Positions 43,855 to 53,623 are shown, counted from the first letter of the stretch. The stretch is 61,382 nt of DNA from Patescibacteria group bacterium (GCA_040388415.1 JAZKBV010000002.1:1-61382), one strand, 5' to 3'. The notes: generated from the letters alone by a model not told the origin. Translations and numbers: made by a program.

Positions 43855-44718
43855 TTAGTCTCGAGATGCATCGAGCAAATTCTCAAAAAGGCCAAGGACT
43901 GTCATGGGTCCTACGCCACCAGGAACGGGAGTAATCGCTCCCGTCGGGCCGATTATCATCGACACTACGTCAAAATCCACATCGCCAACAAGTTTCGTTT
44001 TAGCATCCAAGCCTACTTCCCCTTCTCGAGTGATGCCGACATCAATGATGACCTGTCCTGAATGAACATGTTGAACTGATATCAAACGGGGTTTACCCAC
44101 TGCAACAATGATGGCGTCAGCACTGTTCGTTTCTTTCACCAGATCGAACGTCTTGCTATGAGCAACAGTCACCAGAGCGCCATCACGCGCAAAGACCTGC
44201 GCCACCGGTGTTCCCACCAGCGCAGATCGTCCGACAACAGTTATTTTTTTATCCTTAATGTCGATACTGTAATACGACAGTAATTCTCTAATGCCCCGTG
44301 CCGTAGCAGGGACGATAGCGTCTGGCCTTCCCTCACACAAACGCTGCACATTAAAAGCCGTCTGACCATCGATATCTTTACGCGGTTCGATAGTATTGAT
44401 TACTTCATCACGGTTGATATGCTCAGGTAATGGTAGCTGTACAATGATTCCTTTGACTAGTTGGTTTTCATTGCACTTTTTTATTTCAGCGACCACTTCT
44501 GCTTGAAACGAACCTTCCGGCAAGTGAATGTGATGCGCGACGACCCCGACTTTTTTGGCAAATGAAACTTTCGCGCTAATATACGCATTTGAGTCAGGTC
44601 TGTCCCCCACTTGAATGATGGCGAGCTCAGGCGCAGGTGTTATCTCGCTGAATTCTTTTACCAATTCAATGATCCGACTATCACGAATAATATTTCCTGA
44701 GAGAATTTTTGCTGGCAT
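43855..44718 (-). CDS. folD: bifunctional methylenetetrahydrofolate dehydrogenase/cyclohydrolase
   Basis: 287 aa with ILSGNIIRDS...AIIQVGDRPDSNAYI, VVGRSALVGTPVA and PVPGGVGPMTV. Confidence 0.95.
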   Translation of the reverse strand: MPAKILSGNIIRDSRIIELVKEFSEITPAPELAIIQVGDRPDSNAYISAKVSFAKKVGVVAHHIHLPEGSFQAEVVAEIKKCNENQLVKGIIVQLPLPEHINRDEVINTIEPRKDIDGQTAFNVQRLCEGRPDAIVPATARGIRELLSYYSIDIKDKKITVVGRSALVGTPVAQVFARDGALVTVAHSKTFDLVKETNSADAIIVAVGKPRLISVQHVHSGQVIIDVGITREGEVGLDAKTKLVGDVDFDVVSMIIGPTGAITPVPGGVGPMTVLGLFENLLDASRD

Positions 44719-44832
44719 ACAGTCTACAGTAGCAGATACGGTGTGGATTTCAATGCTTTGACTTTAATTACCCATGAGAGGTATGCTGACTGCAGAAAAT
44801 AGTGAACCCTTAACAAACGAAAGGAGGACGGT

Positions 44833-45372
44833 ATGTCTCAATTTCAAATCGGAGAAAATACCCTCAGATACTATGACGCGCAGAAATTTCCGCATGGTTA
44901 TGCTGTCATCTGCTCCTCAAATCCGCTCGATAAAAATTCTGCGTATTGGGGAACAGTTTCCGTGTATTCAAATGACGTCTCGACAAAATTCCAATTCACG
45001 ATTGATGGCCTCGATAAAGCAAAGAAACGCTACGAGATGAGTATATTTGGAGATAAGGAATTCTTGAGCTGCCTACTTACGGTAACGATCTTTTATGTTG
45101 ACGACAGCTTGGACGCTCTTGACCATCACGTGACCGAATTCCACGGAGAATTTATTCCGCCTGAAATCTACAAACTCATTCATCTGCTGGTCTATAATTC
45201 AGCACTCTTTCTTCCTGTCGTATACGCAAGACGACCTGAAATTGACCCCCGATCCTACATGGAAGAAGGATACTGTATTTATTTTCAAAAGGGATTCAAG
45301 GAAAGATTTGAAACTAGCACCAAAGTCTCCCTTGAAACCATGATATCTACGCTCAATCTGCTCCTCGGTTAA
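44833..45372 (+). CDS. hypothetical protein
   Basis: 179-aa ORF preceded by a strong SD GGAGG (44823-27) and a TTGACT...TATGCT promoter-like pair. No family recognised. Confidence 0.6.
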   Translation: MSQFQIGENTLRYYDAQKFPHGYAVICSSNPLDKNSAYWGTVSVYSNDVSTKFQFTIDGLDKAKKRYEMSIFGDKEFLSCLLTVTIFYVDDSLDALDHHVTEFHGEFIPPEIYKLIHLLVYNSALFLPVVYARRPEIDPRSYMEEGYCIYFQKGFKERFETSTKVSLETMISTLNLLLG

Positions 45373-45388
45373 TCCGTGGGGCAGTTTT

Positions 45389-46321
45389 TTATTTCGCCGA
45401 CCAACGGGCAAAAATACCACACGGTAAAAGCCTCCCTTCACTCATCTGACCTTTTGCTTCTTCAAGAGTGAGCTCACCTACTTCGATGTCGCCACCAAAC
45501 TTTTCTTTGACCGGCAACAAATTATTTTTATAGGCGATAGCCGAGTAACCAGCTGAATATCCATTTACCAAAAAGAACAATGGTTTGTCAGCAAGAATCT
45601 CAGTGCACGACTCGATCAAGTCCATAAAATCATCCTCGATCTTCCACACTTCATTTTCTGCGCCGTGGCCAAAAGCGGGCGGATCCATGATGATGCCGTG
45701 ATATTTCCTGCCCCTCTTTATCTCTCTTTTAACAAAAGCACGCACATCATCGAGTATCCAACGGATAGGTTTGTCTTTGAGACCTGAGAGTTCTGCATTT
45801 TCGCGCGCCCAGCCTATGGCAACTTTTGAGCCATCCACATGAACAACTTTTGCTCCCGCCTGTGCACAAGCAATCGTGGCGCCACCAGTGTATGCGAAAA
45901 GGTTCAGGACTTCGATGTCTTCTTTTTCTTCCTTCTTCACGCTTCCTTCTCCATGCTTCCTGATTTGTTCCCTCATCCAATCCCAATTTGGCGCCTGCTC
46001 AGGAAATATGCCTACATGCTTGAAAGCAGTTGGCTTGATATAAAACTTAAGGTCAGCAAATGAAATGTCCCAGCGCTCTGGCACGGTCTTTTTTAAATTC
46101 CAATCGCCTCTTTCATTCTTTTCTTGATTATTTGAATCTTTTCCAAAAGTCCCATCTGCCTTTTTCCAATCTAAGGGTGACAATCTCTTTTTCCAGAGAG
46201 CTTGCGGGTCAGGACGCGACAAAAGCACGTTACCGAAGCGCTCGAGCTTTTCCCCTTCTCCAGAATCGAGAAGCTCATAGTCAGGACAAGGTTTTGTGAT
46301 AAGGATAGATGAAGTATTCAT
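45389..46321 (-). CDS. class I SAM-dependent RNA methyltransferase (RlmI/RlmK-like)
   Basis: 310 aa with VLNLFAYTGGATIACAQAGA (SAM motif I) and IIMDPPAFG (motif IV, DPPxF). Confidence 0.8.
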   Translation of the reverse strand: MNTSSILITKPCPDYELLDSGEGEKLERFGNVLLSRPDPQALWKKRLSPLDWKKADGTFGKDSNNQEKNERGDWNLKKTVPERWDISFADLKFYIKPTAFKHVGIFPEQAPNWDWMREQIRKHGEGSVKKEEKEDIEVLNLFAYTGGATIACAQAGAKVVHVDGSKVAIGWARENAELSGLKDKPIRWILDDVRAFVKREIKRGRKYHGIIMDPPAFGHGAENEVWKIEDDFMDLIESCTEILADKPLFFLVNGYSAGYSAIAYKNNLLPVKEKFGGDIEVGELTLEEAKGQMSEGRLLPCGIFARWSAK

Positions 46322-46339
46322 ATGTTCGAGCGTAGCTTT

Positions 46340-46801
46340 TTATTGTACGCGATATTTTTTCAAAACAGTGACTGCGCTTCCAAACAGAATAGTTGAAATG
46401 GTAGCTGAACCGAGACAGTACAGACAATATGAATGAATGAGAAATGCCTGAGCGTACACGAACCACATCGACATGATGAAACCGACGATCGTAAGCAGAA
46501 GAACTGCGCGCAATGAAGGTTCATGCTTGCCCTCGATATGAGCAAAGAGGCCGATGCAGATGATCAGATAATAGATCGCACCGAGTAGCGCCACGGGAAT
46601 CCCTATGATAGAAGAATAATCACTCGTAAGCACTGTCTCACAGCCCGCTGTTGTACAAGGTGGAATGCGATTTTGGTAATGCTCAATCGTCAAAAACGAC
46701 GCATCAGTAAAACCGAGGAGAGCGATGATAAAGAGCGCGACGACGGCTTTATTTGGAACTGCCTGAAGCGGCCGCTTCAATAAGTGCTTTAAATGCTTCA
46801 T
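46340..46801 (-). CDS. vitamin K epoxide reductase (VKOR) family membrane protein
   Basis: 153 aa with 4-5 TM helices, a loop Cys pair (CTTAGC) and CLYC redox motifs. The start overlaps the upstream DsbA-like gene by 53 nt, so the start is uncertain. Confidence 0.8.
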   Translation of the reverse strand: MKHLKHLLKRPLQAVPNKAVVALFIIALLGFTDASFLTIEHYQNRIPPCTTAGCETVLTSDYSSIIGIPVALLGAIYYLIICIGLFAHIEGKHEPSLRAVLLLTIVGFIMSMWFVYAQAFLIHSYCLYCLGSATISTILFGSAVTVLKKYRVQ

Positions 46802-47399
46802 AACTTTGTGGGTTAGCGATCACTTTTCCATTAATGAAGAAAGTCGGGGTCGCATTGATGCCTATCTTATGCCCTTCATCGGCATCAGCAGCGACAGCGT
46901 CTTTGACTGCTGAGCTATCCAGATCCGCTTTGAACTTGACCATATCAAGACCAATCTTTTGAGCATAACCGATAAGTACTGCATGAGCATCAGGAAGGGT
47001 GCTCCATTCTGATTGATTACTGTAGATCAAGTCATACATCTCCCAAAACTTTCCTTGGAGACTCGCTGCCTCGGCTGCCTGGGACGTGATAGGAGCATTG
47101 GCATGCTGAGGCAATGGGAAATGGCGGAAGACAAGACGGAGAGTGGTAGACGCTTCCTGTGTCAGACGCTTGACCAGAGGATAATACGCGCCACATGCAG
47201 GACACTGGAAATCTCCATACTCGATCATAGTAACTGGGGCATTCTTTGGTCCGAAGATATGATCTTCTGCAGTTACTGCCCCTGCAGCAGTAGGCCCTGT
47301 GCCTGCTGATGGCTTATTCATAGCCACAACAAGCCCCCAGAAAATAAGTGCGAGAATGATAATAAAACAAGCCCAAAAAATAATGCGTTTTGTATTCAT
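46749..47399 (-). CDS. DsbA-family thiol:disulfide oxidoreductase (membrane-anchored)
   Basis: 216 aa with an N-terminal TM and the thioredoxin-fold motif YGDFQCPACG. Confidence 0.85.
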   Translation of the reverse strand: MNTKRIIFWACFIIILALIFWGLVVAMNKPSAGTGPTAAGAVTAEDHIFGPKNAPVTMIEYGDFQCPACGAYYPLVKRLTQEASTTLRLVFRHFPLPQHANAPITSQAAEAASLQGKFWEMYDLIYSNQSEWSTLPDAHAVLIGYAQKIGLDMVKFKADLDSSAVKDAVAADADEGHKIGINATPTFFINGKVIANPQSYEAFKALIEAAASGSSK

Positions 47400-47411
47400 G
47401 TAACTAGTCTA

Positions 47412-48452
47412 CTATATAATGAGCATCGCGTCACCAAACGAGTAAAATCTGAGCTTCTCTTTGATAGCTCGCTCATAGAGGTCTCTCCAGCTTGCTTGCG
47501 ATCCTTTTGCTTGTAAGAAAGCATCCACCAACATGATAAGGGACGTATTTGGCAGATGAAAGTTGGTAATGATAGCGTCGACAATCTTAAAATCGTAGGG
47601 TGGCGTGATCATGAGCGTCGTCTCGCCAGTGTACCCCTCCCCCTTGAGTATTGAGTCCGCTGTTGCTTCGAGCGTACGTGTAGCGGTAGTTCCTGAAGAG
47701 ACAATTATCTTGCCCGATTTCTTTGCCTCCAAGATATGGGTCGCGGATGCGGCACTCACTTGAATCGGCTCAGAGTGGAGAGACTTCGCCTGGATACTTT
47801 CTGGTGTGAGCGAAGCAAAGGTTCCTCGACCCACATGTAAGGTCACCGTAGCACGATCGATACCTTTTTCAGCCAGAGATGTGAGCACTTGTTCGGTGAA
47901 GTGAAGAGAGGCTGTTGGCGCCGCAACTGATGCGGGTTTAGTCGCAAAGACTGTCTGATATTTTGCACGAGCTTCTTCTTCATTGAGCGTCGTATGGATA
48001 TATGGAGGTAGCGGTGTACGTCCATGCAAGGTGCAGAGCTTTTCAAATTCTTCGACTGAGATGCGGAGCCTGAAAGAAAATTCTTCATTATGTTGATCGA
48101 CGACGTCGAGGATGGCATGATGATTGAAATACAATTGGTCGCCGACGCTCAGCTTGCGGTCAGGCAATCCCTTAATAACACCTTGCCTGCCCCACTCATT
48201 CACTAAAAACAGTATACGAACCATTCCGCCAGTGAGCTTCATCAGCTCAAGGCGCGCAGGCACCACCTGTGTGTCGTTGAATACCATCAGAGCGTTGGCT
48301 GGTATATAACGCGAAATATGGGCAAATGTATCAAAAACGATCTCGTTTGTCTTTGTGCTATAGACGAGCAGCCGAGCAGAGTCACGCGGTTCAGCTGGCG
48401 TATGCGCCACGAGATCCTGTGGCAAATGGTAGTTATAATCAGGTGATTTCAT
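47412..48452 (-). CDS. queA: tRNA preQ1(34) S-adenosylmethionine ribosyltransferase-isomerase
   Basis: 346 aa with DYNYHLPQDLVAHTP...PRDSARLLV, LPPYI and HFTEQVL. Colinear with QueA. Confidence 0.92.
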   Translation of the reverse strand: MKSPDYNYHLPQDLVAHTPAEPRDSARLLVYSTKTNEIVFDTFAHISRYIPANALMVFNDTQVVPARLELMKLTGGMVRILFLVNEWGRQGVIKGLPDRKLSVGDQLYFNHHAILDVVDQHNEEFSFRLRISVEEFEKLCTLHGRTPLPPYIHTTLNEEEARAKYQTVFATKPASVAAPTASLHFTEQVLTSLAEKGIDRATVTLHVGRGTFASLTPESIQAKSLHSEPIQVSAASATHILEAKKSGKIIVSSGTTATRTLEATADSILKGEGYTGETTLMITPPYDFKIVDAIITNFHLPNTSLIMLVDAFLQAKGSQASWRDLYERAIKEKLRFYSFGDAMLII

Positions 48453-48458
48453 AGTATG

Positions 48459-48908
48459 TTAATGATGATATTTTTCCCCTCGAATAATAGTAAATGCTCT
48501 ATAAAGCTGTTCTATGAGGATGAGACGGACGAGCTGATGCGGGAAGGTGAGCTTCGATAGTCCCAAGGTCAGACGCGCATGCGAGCGCACTTCATCATTC
48601 AATCCATACGATCCGCCAATGATAAAAAACAATGTTCGTACACTTTCATTCATGCGTGACTGTATTACCTCTGCAAATGCGGACGATGTATACTCCTTCC
48701 CTATCTCATCGAGAGCAATCGCATACGAGCCGGCTCCTTCTTTTTCCATGACCTCAACAAGCTTCGCATTGTCTTCTTGCGCTGATGTCCCAGGAATATA
48801 TTTCCATTCGCAGGTGCAGTAATGAGAGATGCGCTCAGTATATTCGCGCACGAGCTCATACCCTCCAAAATCTTTTTCCTTACCGATAGCGACGATGATT
48901 ATTTTCAT
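48459..48908 (-). CDS. rlmH: 23S rRNA (pseudouridine1915-N3)-methyltransferase RlmH (SPOUT)
   Basis: Start set at MKIIIVAIGK (ATG 48908). FFIIGGSYGL and LSKLTFPHQLVRLILIEQLYRA are present. The N-terminal 42 aa of the track ORF overlap the upstream gene and were discarded. Confidence 0.88.
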   Translation of the reverse strand: MKIIIVAIGKEKDFGGYELVREYTERISHYCTCEWKYIPGTSAQEDNAKLVEVMEKEGAGSYAIALDEIGKEYTSSAFAEVIQSRMNESVRTLFFIIGGSYGLNDEVRSHARLTLGLSKLTFPHQLVRLILIEQLYRAFTIIRGEKYHH

Positions 48909-48912
48909 ATGA

Positions 48913-49467
48913 TTAGAGCGCTGTGCCAAACCAAACGATGAGATATATACCGAGGATGTTTCCGATGAATGAGATCGGTATGAGCGCAAGCGTTCGAGTC
49001 TTTGAAAAACCGAGGAGCGTGATGCCCAGCTCATCGGGTAAAGGCGAGGCTATGATGAGAGCGCCGAGGATCGGTGAGATCCATTTGAAGAAACCGACGT
49101 GAAATGAACTAGCAAGATGTCGGATAAAAACCGACCCGAATGAATTCATGAAATCCTCCGAGAAACGATCACGGATAAAGTAGAACAACATGAGATCTCC
49201 GCATACGGCACCGAGCGCACCCCACAATGCAACAATATGACCTGAGGTATGCGAAGCGATGCTGCCGAGGGCAACTGATGCAGGAGCGATGGTAAAAACA
49301 GAGGTGAAGAACATGCCCGCGACGAAACTGGCGACTTCATTGCTGCCAAATAATGAAACGAGATGATCGATAATACCGAAGCCAGAGAGGATAAGAGCGA
49401 TAACTGCTCCAATAGCGATGAATGTGACATCTTTAACCAATTCGTGTTGAGCAGTTTTTTTACGCAT
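48913..49467 (-). CDS. multi-pass membrane protein (hypothetical)
   Basis: 184 aa with about 5 TM helices. No specific family recognised. Confidence 0.65.
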   Translation of the reverse strand: MRKKTAQHELVKDVTFIAIGAVIALILSGFGIIDHLVSLFGSNEVASFVAGMFFTSVFTIAPASVALGSIASHTSGHIVALWGALGAVCGDLMLFYFIRDRFSEDFMNSFGSVFIRHLASSFHVGFFKWISPILGALIIASPLPDELGITLLGFSKTRTLALIPISFIGNILGIYLIVWFGTAL

Positions 49468-50086
49468 GGTTTTCGGTTTGGGCTTGCGCTAAAGGAGGGA
49501 CACTGCTTACCTGTTGCTGTATCACTTGAACGCCTATCCTGTGCTCCAAAAATGAACGTATATCTTCAGCAAGGCTCGCATCGATAGGGTCAAAAACCGT
49601 GTCAGCGCTCCTATCCTTGCTCGCATCATCATGCACCGTAGTAATGAGGACAAGACGGCTCGTGCCGAAAAGCTGATGAGCGAACGTGCGAACAACACTT
49701 ACGTCATGTATCTGGTGATATGGAACAGATGTTTCATACTGATTAATGATGCCCCGGTTGATCTTGAGACTGAGATCATCGAGCTCGAACATATAGTTTC
49801 GATACTCCAGAAGCGCGATGATAGCTCCGACCATGCCCGCAATGATGCTCAACAAAAATAACATCACATCGAGAGTAGAGATTGCTGAAGACACTTGTGA
49901 GATCGTCGCCATATTTGGACTTCCACCAAAAGCCAACAGTCCCGCCACTCCCACAGACAAAGACGGCCCGACAAAAGCGATGACGCCTGAGATGATAAAG
50001 GCTATGAAACCGAGAGTTGTCCTCCTCGACAAAAAAAGCACGAGTGTCTTATTTCCGAGATGCTGGGGTTTTCCGACGACAATCAT
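49460..50086 (-). CDS. membrane protein with bacterial PH (bPH_2/YdbS-like) domain
   Basis: 208 aa with 2-3 TM helices, then YRNYMFELDDLSLKINRGIINQYETSVPYHQIHDVSVVRTFAHQLFGTSRLVLIT. Confidence 0.7.
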   Translation of the reverse strand: MIVVGKPQHLGNKTLVLFLSRRTTLGFIAFIISGVIAFVGPSLSVGVAGLLAFGGSPNMATISQVSSAISTLDVMLFLLSIIAGMVGAIIALLEYRNYMFELDDLSLKINRGIINQYETSVPYHQIHDVSVVRTFAHQLFGTSRLVLITTVHDDASKDRSADTVFDPIDASLAEDIRSFLEHRIGVQVIQQQVSSVPPLAQAQTENHA

Positions 50087-50095
50087 AATGAATGT

Positions 50096-50104
50096 ATTAT
50101 ACCA
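50096..50104 (-). promoter_or_regulatory. extended -10 TGGTATAAT, 9 nt before ATG 50086
   Basis: Perfect TGGTATAAT, ending 2 nt before the uppP stop codon. Confidence 0.45.
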
Positions 50105-50105
50105 C

Positions 50106-50897
50106 CTAGATGGTAATGACGATAAAAATCAATGCGGCTAAGGCTATTCTATACCAACCAAAAGCTGTGAGCGAGATTCGGGGGAGGTACTTTTTCAATA
50201 GGTACAGTGTAACACCAGCGACTACGAAAGAAACAATAAAACCCGTTGCTAGCTCAGCATATGAATGGATGGCACTAAAAATAGCGCGCGACTTATACAT
50301 ATCATAGAGCGTCGCAGCAGCAATTGTTGGCAGAGCAAGAATAAATGTATACTCGATGATGATCGCCTTTTTGATACCACGCAGGATGCCTCCGACAATC
50401 GTTGCACCTGAACGCGAGACACCGGGAATGATAGCTGTAGCCTGCGCGAGACCGATGACAAACGCATCCGTATACGATATCTCTGTCTTTCCAAAATTCG
50501 CCAAATCAGATTCGCCTCCCCTCTTTTTCATAAAGACTTTTTCAAGATAGATAAAAATAACACCACCTACTAGGAGGGTAAAACCGATGAGTGGCATATT
50601 CCCTTCGAGAAGATGCTTGAACAATTTATAAAGGATAAATCCAACGATTGCAGTTGGTACAAAACTGATACAGACATTGATGAACATCTGCTTATTGGTC
50701 AATAGTTTTTTCGCAAAGAGGAAGATGCCTGCAAACAGTGCACCAAACTGAATGAACAATAAGAAAAACTTGATATAGTCAGTGGTCAAATCCACACTCA
50801 TCAGCTTTGAGACGATGATGATATGAGCTGTTGATGAAACAGGGATAAACTCGGTGATACCTTCGACAATAGAGGTGATGATGAGGTGTATGTTCAT
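50106..50897 (-). CDS. uppP: undecaprenyl-diphosphate phosphatase
   Basis: 263 aa with EGITEFIPVSSTAHI and PGVSRSGATI (BacA motifs). Confidence 0.93.
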   Translation of the reverse strand: MNIHLIITSIVEGITEFIPVSSTAHIIIVSKLMSVDLTTDYIKFFLLFIQFGALFAGIFLFAKKLLTNKQMFINVCISFVPTAIVGFILYKLFKHLLEGNMPLIGFTLLVGGVIFIYLEKVFMKKRGGESDLANFGKTEISYTDAFVIGLAQATAIIPGVSRSGATIVGGILRGIKKAIIIEYTFILALPTIAAATLYDMYKSRAIFSAIHSYAELATGFIVSFVVAGVTLYLLKKYLPRISLTAFGWYRIALAALIFIVITI

Positions 50898-50917
50898 AAA
50901 TATGTGTTAGACATATA

Positions 50918-51778
50918 TTATAGCGCACTACGTATATGTGTCGGGCTATTTTTTACACACGCCTTGCAACACAGTATCTTTCTCGAAGGCCTGACTGAAT
51001 CATCCGAGTAATAATCTTCTGTTTCTGATTTACAAAACACACAGGCGCCGACAATGACTTTTTCTGGTACTGGCACCACGTCCGTTGTCATGCGGTTATC
51101 AAACACAAAGAGCGTGCCTTTGAAATTGCTTCCCGGATACTCTTTCATGTAGGTATGTATACCGTCTTTCAGCTGATAGATATCAGTGAAGCCTTCGCGC
51201 TTGAGCAAACAGGTCGCCTTCTCACAGCGGATGCCTCCTGTGCAGACTGTGACCACTTTTTTATTCTTGAGCTTGGCAAGCTTTTTGATCTTCTTTGGGA
51301 GGTCACGAAAATTCTTGAGGCCAGGATCGATCGTACGTTCGAACTTACCGCTGGCGATCTCGTAGTCGTTACGCAGGTCAAGAACGACAAAATCTTTATT
51401 TTCTGCGTACCATTTCTCAAGCTCTTTGGCTGGCAGCTGTGTTGCTGTTTCTTTTTTCACGTTGAACTTCCCTGCACCAAGAGTGACGATCTCGTCGCGC
51501 ACTTTGACTGCAAGACGAGGAAAGGCTGAACCCATGCCTTCACTTTCTTTGATGACGACTTTTTTGAACAGCGGGTCACGTTTGAGGAAGCGCTTATACT
51601 TATCAGTATTCTCGGTAATTCCTTCAAAGGTAGCATTCACCCCCTCCTCCCCCACGATCATACGGCCTTTGAGGCCGAGAGTCTGGCACTTGGCACGATG
51701 AAGCTCCGCGAACTTCTCCGGATTGCGGATGCGCGAAAAGGTATAGAAAAGGAGGATGGTGTATGCGGGCTTGGTCAT
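50918..51778 (-). CDS. trhO: rhodanese-domain tRNA uridine(34) hydroxylase TrhO (UPF0176/YceA)
   Basis: Start set at MTKPAYTILLFY (ATG 51778). GRMIVGEEGVNATFEG, rhodanese CTGGIRCEKA, and a C-terminal Cys cluster are present. Confidence 0.85.
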   Translation of the reverse strand: MTKPAYTILLFYTFSRIRNPEKFAELHRAKCQTLGLKGRMIVGEEGVNATFEGITENTDKYKRFLKRDPLFKKVVIKESEGMGSAFPRLAVKVRDEIVTLGAGKFNVKKETATQLPAKELEKWYAENKDFVVLDLRNDYEIASGKFERTIDPGLKNFRDLPKKIKKLAKLKNKKVVTVCTGGIRCEKATCLLKREGFTDIYQLKDGIHTYMKEYPGSNFKGTLFVFDNRMTTDVVPVPEKVIVGACVFCKSETEDYYSDDSVRPSRKILCCKACVKNSPTHIRSAL

Positions 51779-51784
51779 GACAGT

Positions 51785-51790
51785 AATATA
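51785..51790 (-). promoter_or_regulatory. -10 TATATT, 6 nt before the trhO ATG
   Basis: TATATT-actgtc-ATG. Confidence 0.4.
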
Positions 51791-51886
51791 CATGAGAGCA
51801 CTCATTCTGACTACAATTGTAATGGTTTAAAAAGTCGCTCGGCATCTCACGTGTCGCAACCTCTACTATTTCTAATTTAAATTAAA

Positions 51887-52141
51887 ATGACCACAATCAT
51901 AAACAATCCAGGCGAAACCAGTACCAATTCATCAGATGGAGGATATGGCGTGATTATCGGTGCAGTATTGGTCGTACTTGTCCTTGTTCTAGTACTCTTC
52001 TTTACCATGCCCTATTTCCGTCAAAGGATCGATTCAATGACTCAGCCGGTAACTCCTGTTATCAATCCTACTATCAATGTTCAGTTGCCTACTCCAACTG
52101 CACCTGCTACACCGGCGCCAGCACCAACTCCAGCGAAGTAG
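51887..52141 (+). CDS. small membrane protein with Pro/Thr/Ala-rich tail
   Basis: 84 aa with one TM (VIIGAVLVVLVLVLVLFF). A terminator hairpin (ACCCG...CGGGT plus T-run) follows at ~52165-52192. Confidence 0.55.
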   Translation: MTTIINNPGETSTNSSDGGYGVIIGAVLVVLVLVLVLFFTMPYFRQRIDSMTQPVTPVINPTINVQLPTPTAPATPAPAPTPAK

Positions 52142-52206
52142 TAATGCACTCTAATATAAAAGAAAGACCCGCATAAACGGGTTTTTCTAGTGATCGCCGT
52201 GCTTAA

Positions 52207-52380
52207 CTAAAAACCAAGCAACTTTACTTTGATATACAAAGTAAGCATACCGATCACAAAGCCAGCGATAAATATAAGACTGTTGTTGAAACGAGTTCCG
52301 CCTTTGACGAAATACGTGATGCAAAGCACGATAACAAGAGCGACCGCAACGCCAATGAAGAAAGTGGTAAGTGTGTGCAT
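52207..52380 (-). CDS. possible small 2-TM membrane protein (57 aa)
   Basis: Hand translation MHTLTTFFIGVAVALVIVLCITYFVKGGTRFNNSLIFIAGFVIGMLTLYIKVKLLGF. Below the ORF-track cutoff. Confidence 0.4.
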   Translation of the reverse strand: MHTLTTFFIGVAVALVIVLCITYFVKGGTRFNNSLIFIAGFVIGMLTLYIKVKLLGF

Positions 52381-52403
52381 GTGATTATGGATTAGATTAA
52401 TAA

Positions 52404-52736
52404 TTAAGCTTTTTCGACGACAACTGCCGTGCCATATGCCAAAACTTCAGTCATGCCTTGCATGACTTCCGTGGCATCATAACGCACACCGACAACCGCA
52501 TTCGCACCCATATCTGTTGCGTGCTTCAACATGAGATCGAATGCATCCTCACGTGTCTTTTCACACAAATCAGTGAGTATGGTGATGTTCCCTCCGAATA
52601 GACCTTGGATGCCCGCACCAATGTTACCTACTATTGAACGTGAACGTACGATGATACCGCGCGCTAAGCCGAGATTTTTAGTGATTTTGTAACCCGTGAG
52701 CTCAAGCCCTGTTGTTGCCATGTCATGATTAAGCAT
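52404..52736 (-). CDS. YbjQ/UPF0145-family protein
   Basis: 110 aa with GIIVRSRSIVGNIGAGIQGLFGGNI...DAFDLMLKHATDMGANAVVGVRYD. Confidence 0.85.
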   Translation of the reverse strand: MLNHDMATTGLELTGYKITKNLGLARGIIVRSRSIVGNIGAGIQGLFGGNITILTDLCEKTREDAFDLMLKHATDMGANAVVGVRYDATEVMQGMTEVLAYGTAVVVEKA

Positions 52737-52771
52737 AGTTTTATATTTATATAGTATAGTTTAAGTATACT

Positions 52772-53302
52772 CTATTCAGCTTTCCTCACCATTTCCATAT
52801 CAGTGATAATTGCTCCGCTTTTTAATTTACCTGATTCTTCTGTTGTTCTTTTTCCCGTATCGACAAAACCTAGTTTTTTATAAAAGTTGATCGCGTTTTC
52901 AGTGTAATCGGCAACTTGAACAATAGTGTCTTTTGTAGAGTCGAGGAATTCTAATGCTTTATTCCATAGTTTTGTTCCGATTCCTTTATGTTGAAATTCA
53001 GGTAAAATATATAACGTTCGGAGGTGATTATAATCCTCCTTTCTGATAACAGTACAAGCACCAACTATCATATCTCCATTTTTTGCAACGAGCCTTTTAG
53101 TATTTTGGGGTACATTTCTTATAAGCTCTTTTAGCGCCTCGATTTTTTCAGCAGAAAAATCATCCTTGTAGCTATATTCTATATCCTCTACGGTTACACC
53201 CTTTTCTATATTTGGGTATGTAGCAAGCCAAGCTTTGTAAAATACATTCGTTATTCCCTGGGCGTCGTTGGGGGTAGCGTCTTGAATAGTGATTTCTTGC
53301 AT
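52772..53302 (-). CDS. GNAT-family N-acetyltransferase
   Basis: 176 aa with LYILPEFQHKGIGTKLWNKALEF (acetyl-CoA motif A). Confidence 0.85.
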   Translation of the reverse strand: MQEITIQDATPNDAQGITNVFYKAWLATYPNIEKGVTVEDIEYSYKDDFSAEKIEALKELIRNVPQNTKRLVAKNGDMIVGACTVIRKEDYNHLRTLYILPEFQHKGIGTKLWNKALEFLDSTKDTIVQVADYTENAINFYKKLGFVDTGKRTTEESGKLKSGAIITDMEMVRKAE

Positions 53303-53308
53303 AAAATT

Positions 53309-53563
53309 TTATTGCAGGATGAGGTATTGAAACATTACTGCTGGTATAAGAATTCCTACGGCAGCAAATATATAATACGAAGTTCTTGTAACGCGTTTAA
53401 AAGTAGACCCCATTCCAATGATTCCAAGCAAGCTCGTAATAACCATAATGAGGGTTCCTATAAAAACTGGATCTGTACCAGAACCGCCGCTCAGACTGAG
53501 GACAAAGAAAAATCCTGACCCAAGAAATACACAAACATTTATTATCAAAAGTATTATTTTCAT
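53309..53563 (-). CDS. small 3-TM membrane protein (hypothetical)
   Basis: 84 aa, entirely hydrophobic helices. Confidence 0.55.
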   Translation of the reverse strand: MKIILLIINVCVFLGSGFFFVLSLSGGSGTDPVFIGTLIMVITSLLGIIGMGSTFKRVTRTSYYIFAAVGILIPAVMFQYLILQ

Positions 53564-53623
53564 ACCAGAAGTATACCAGAATAAGAAGTACTACTATACC
53601 GCTACTAGTTTCTTATTCCGAAG

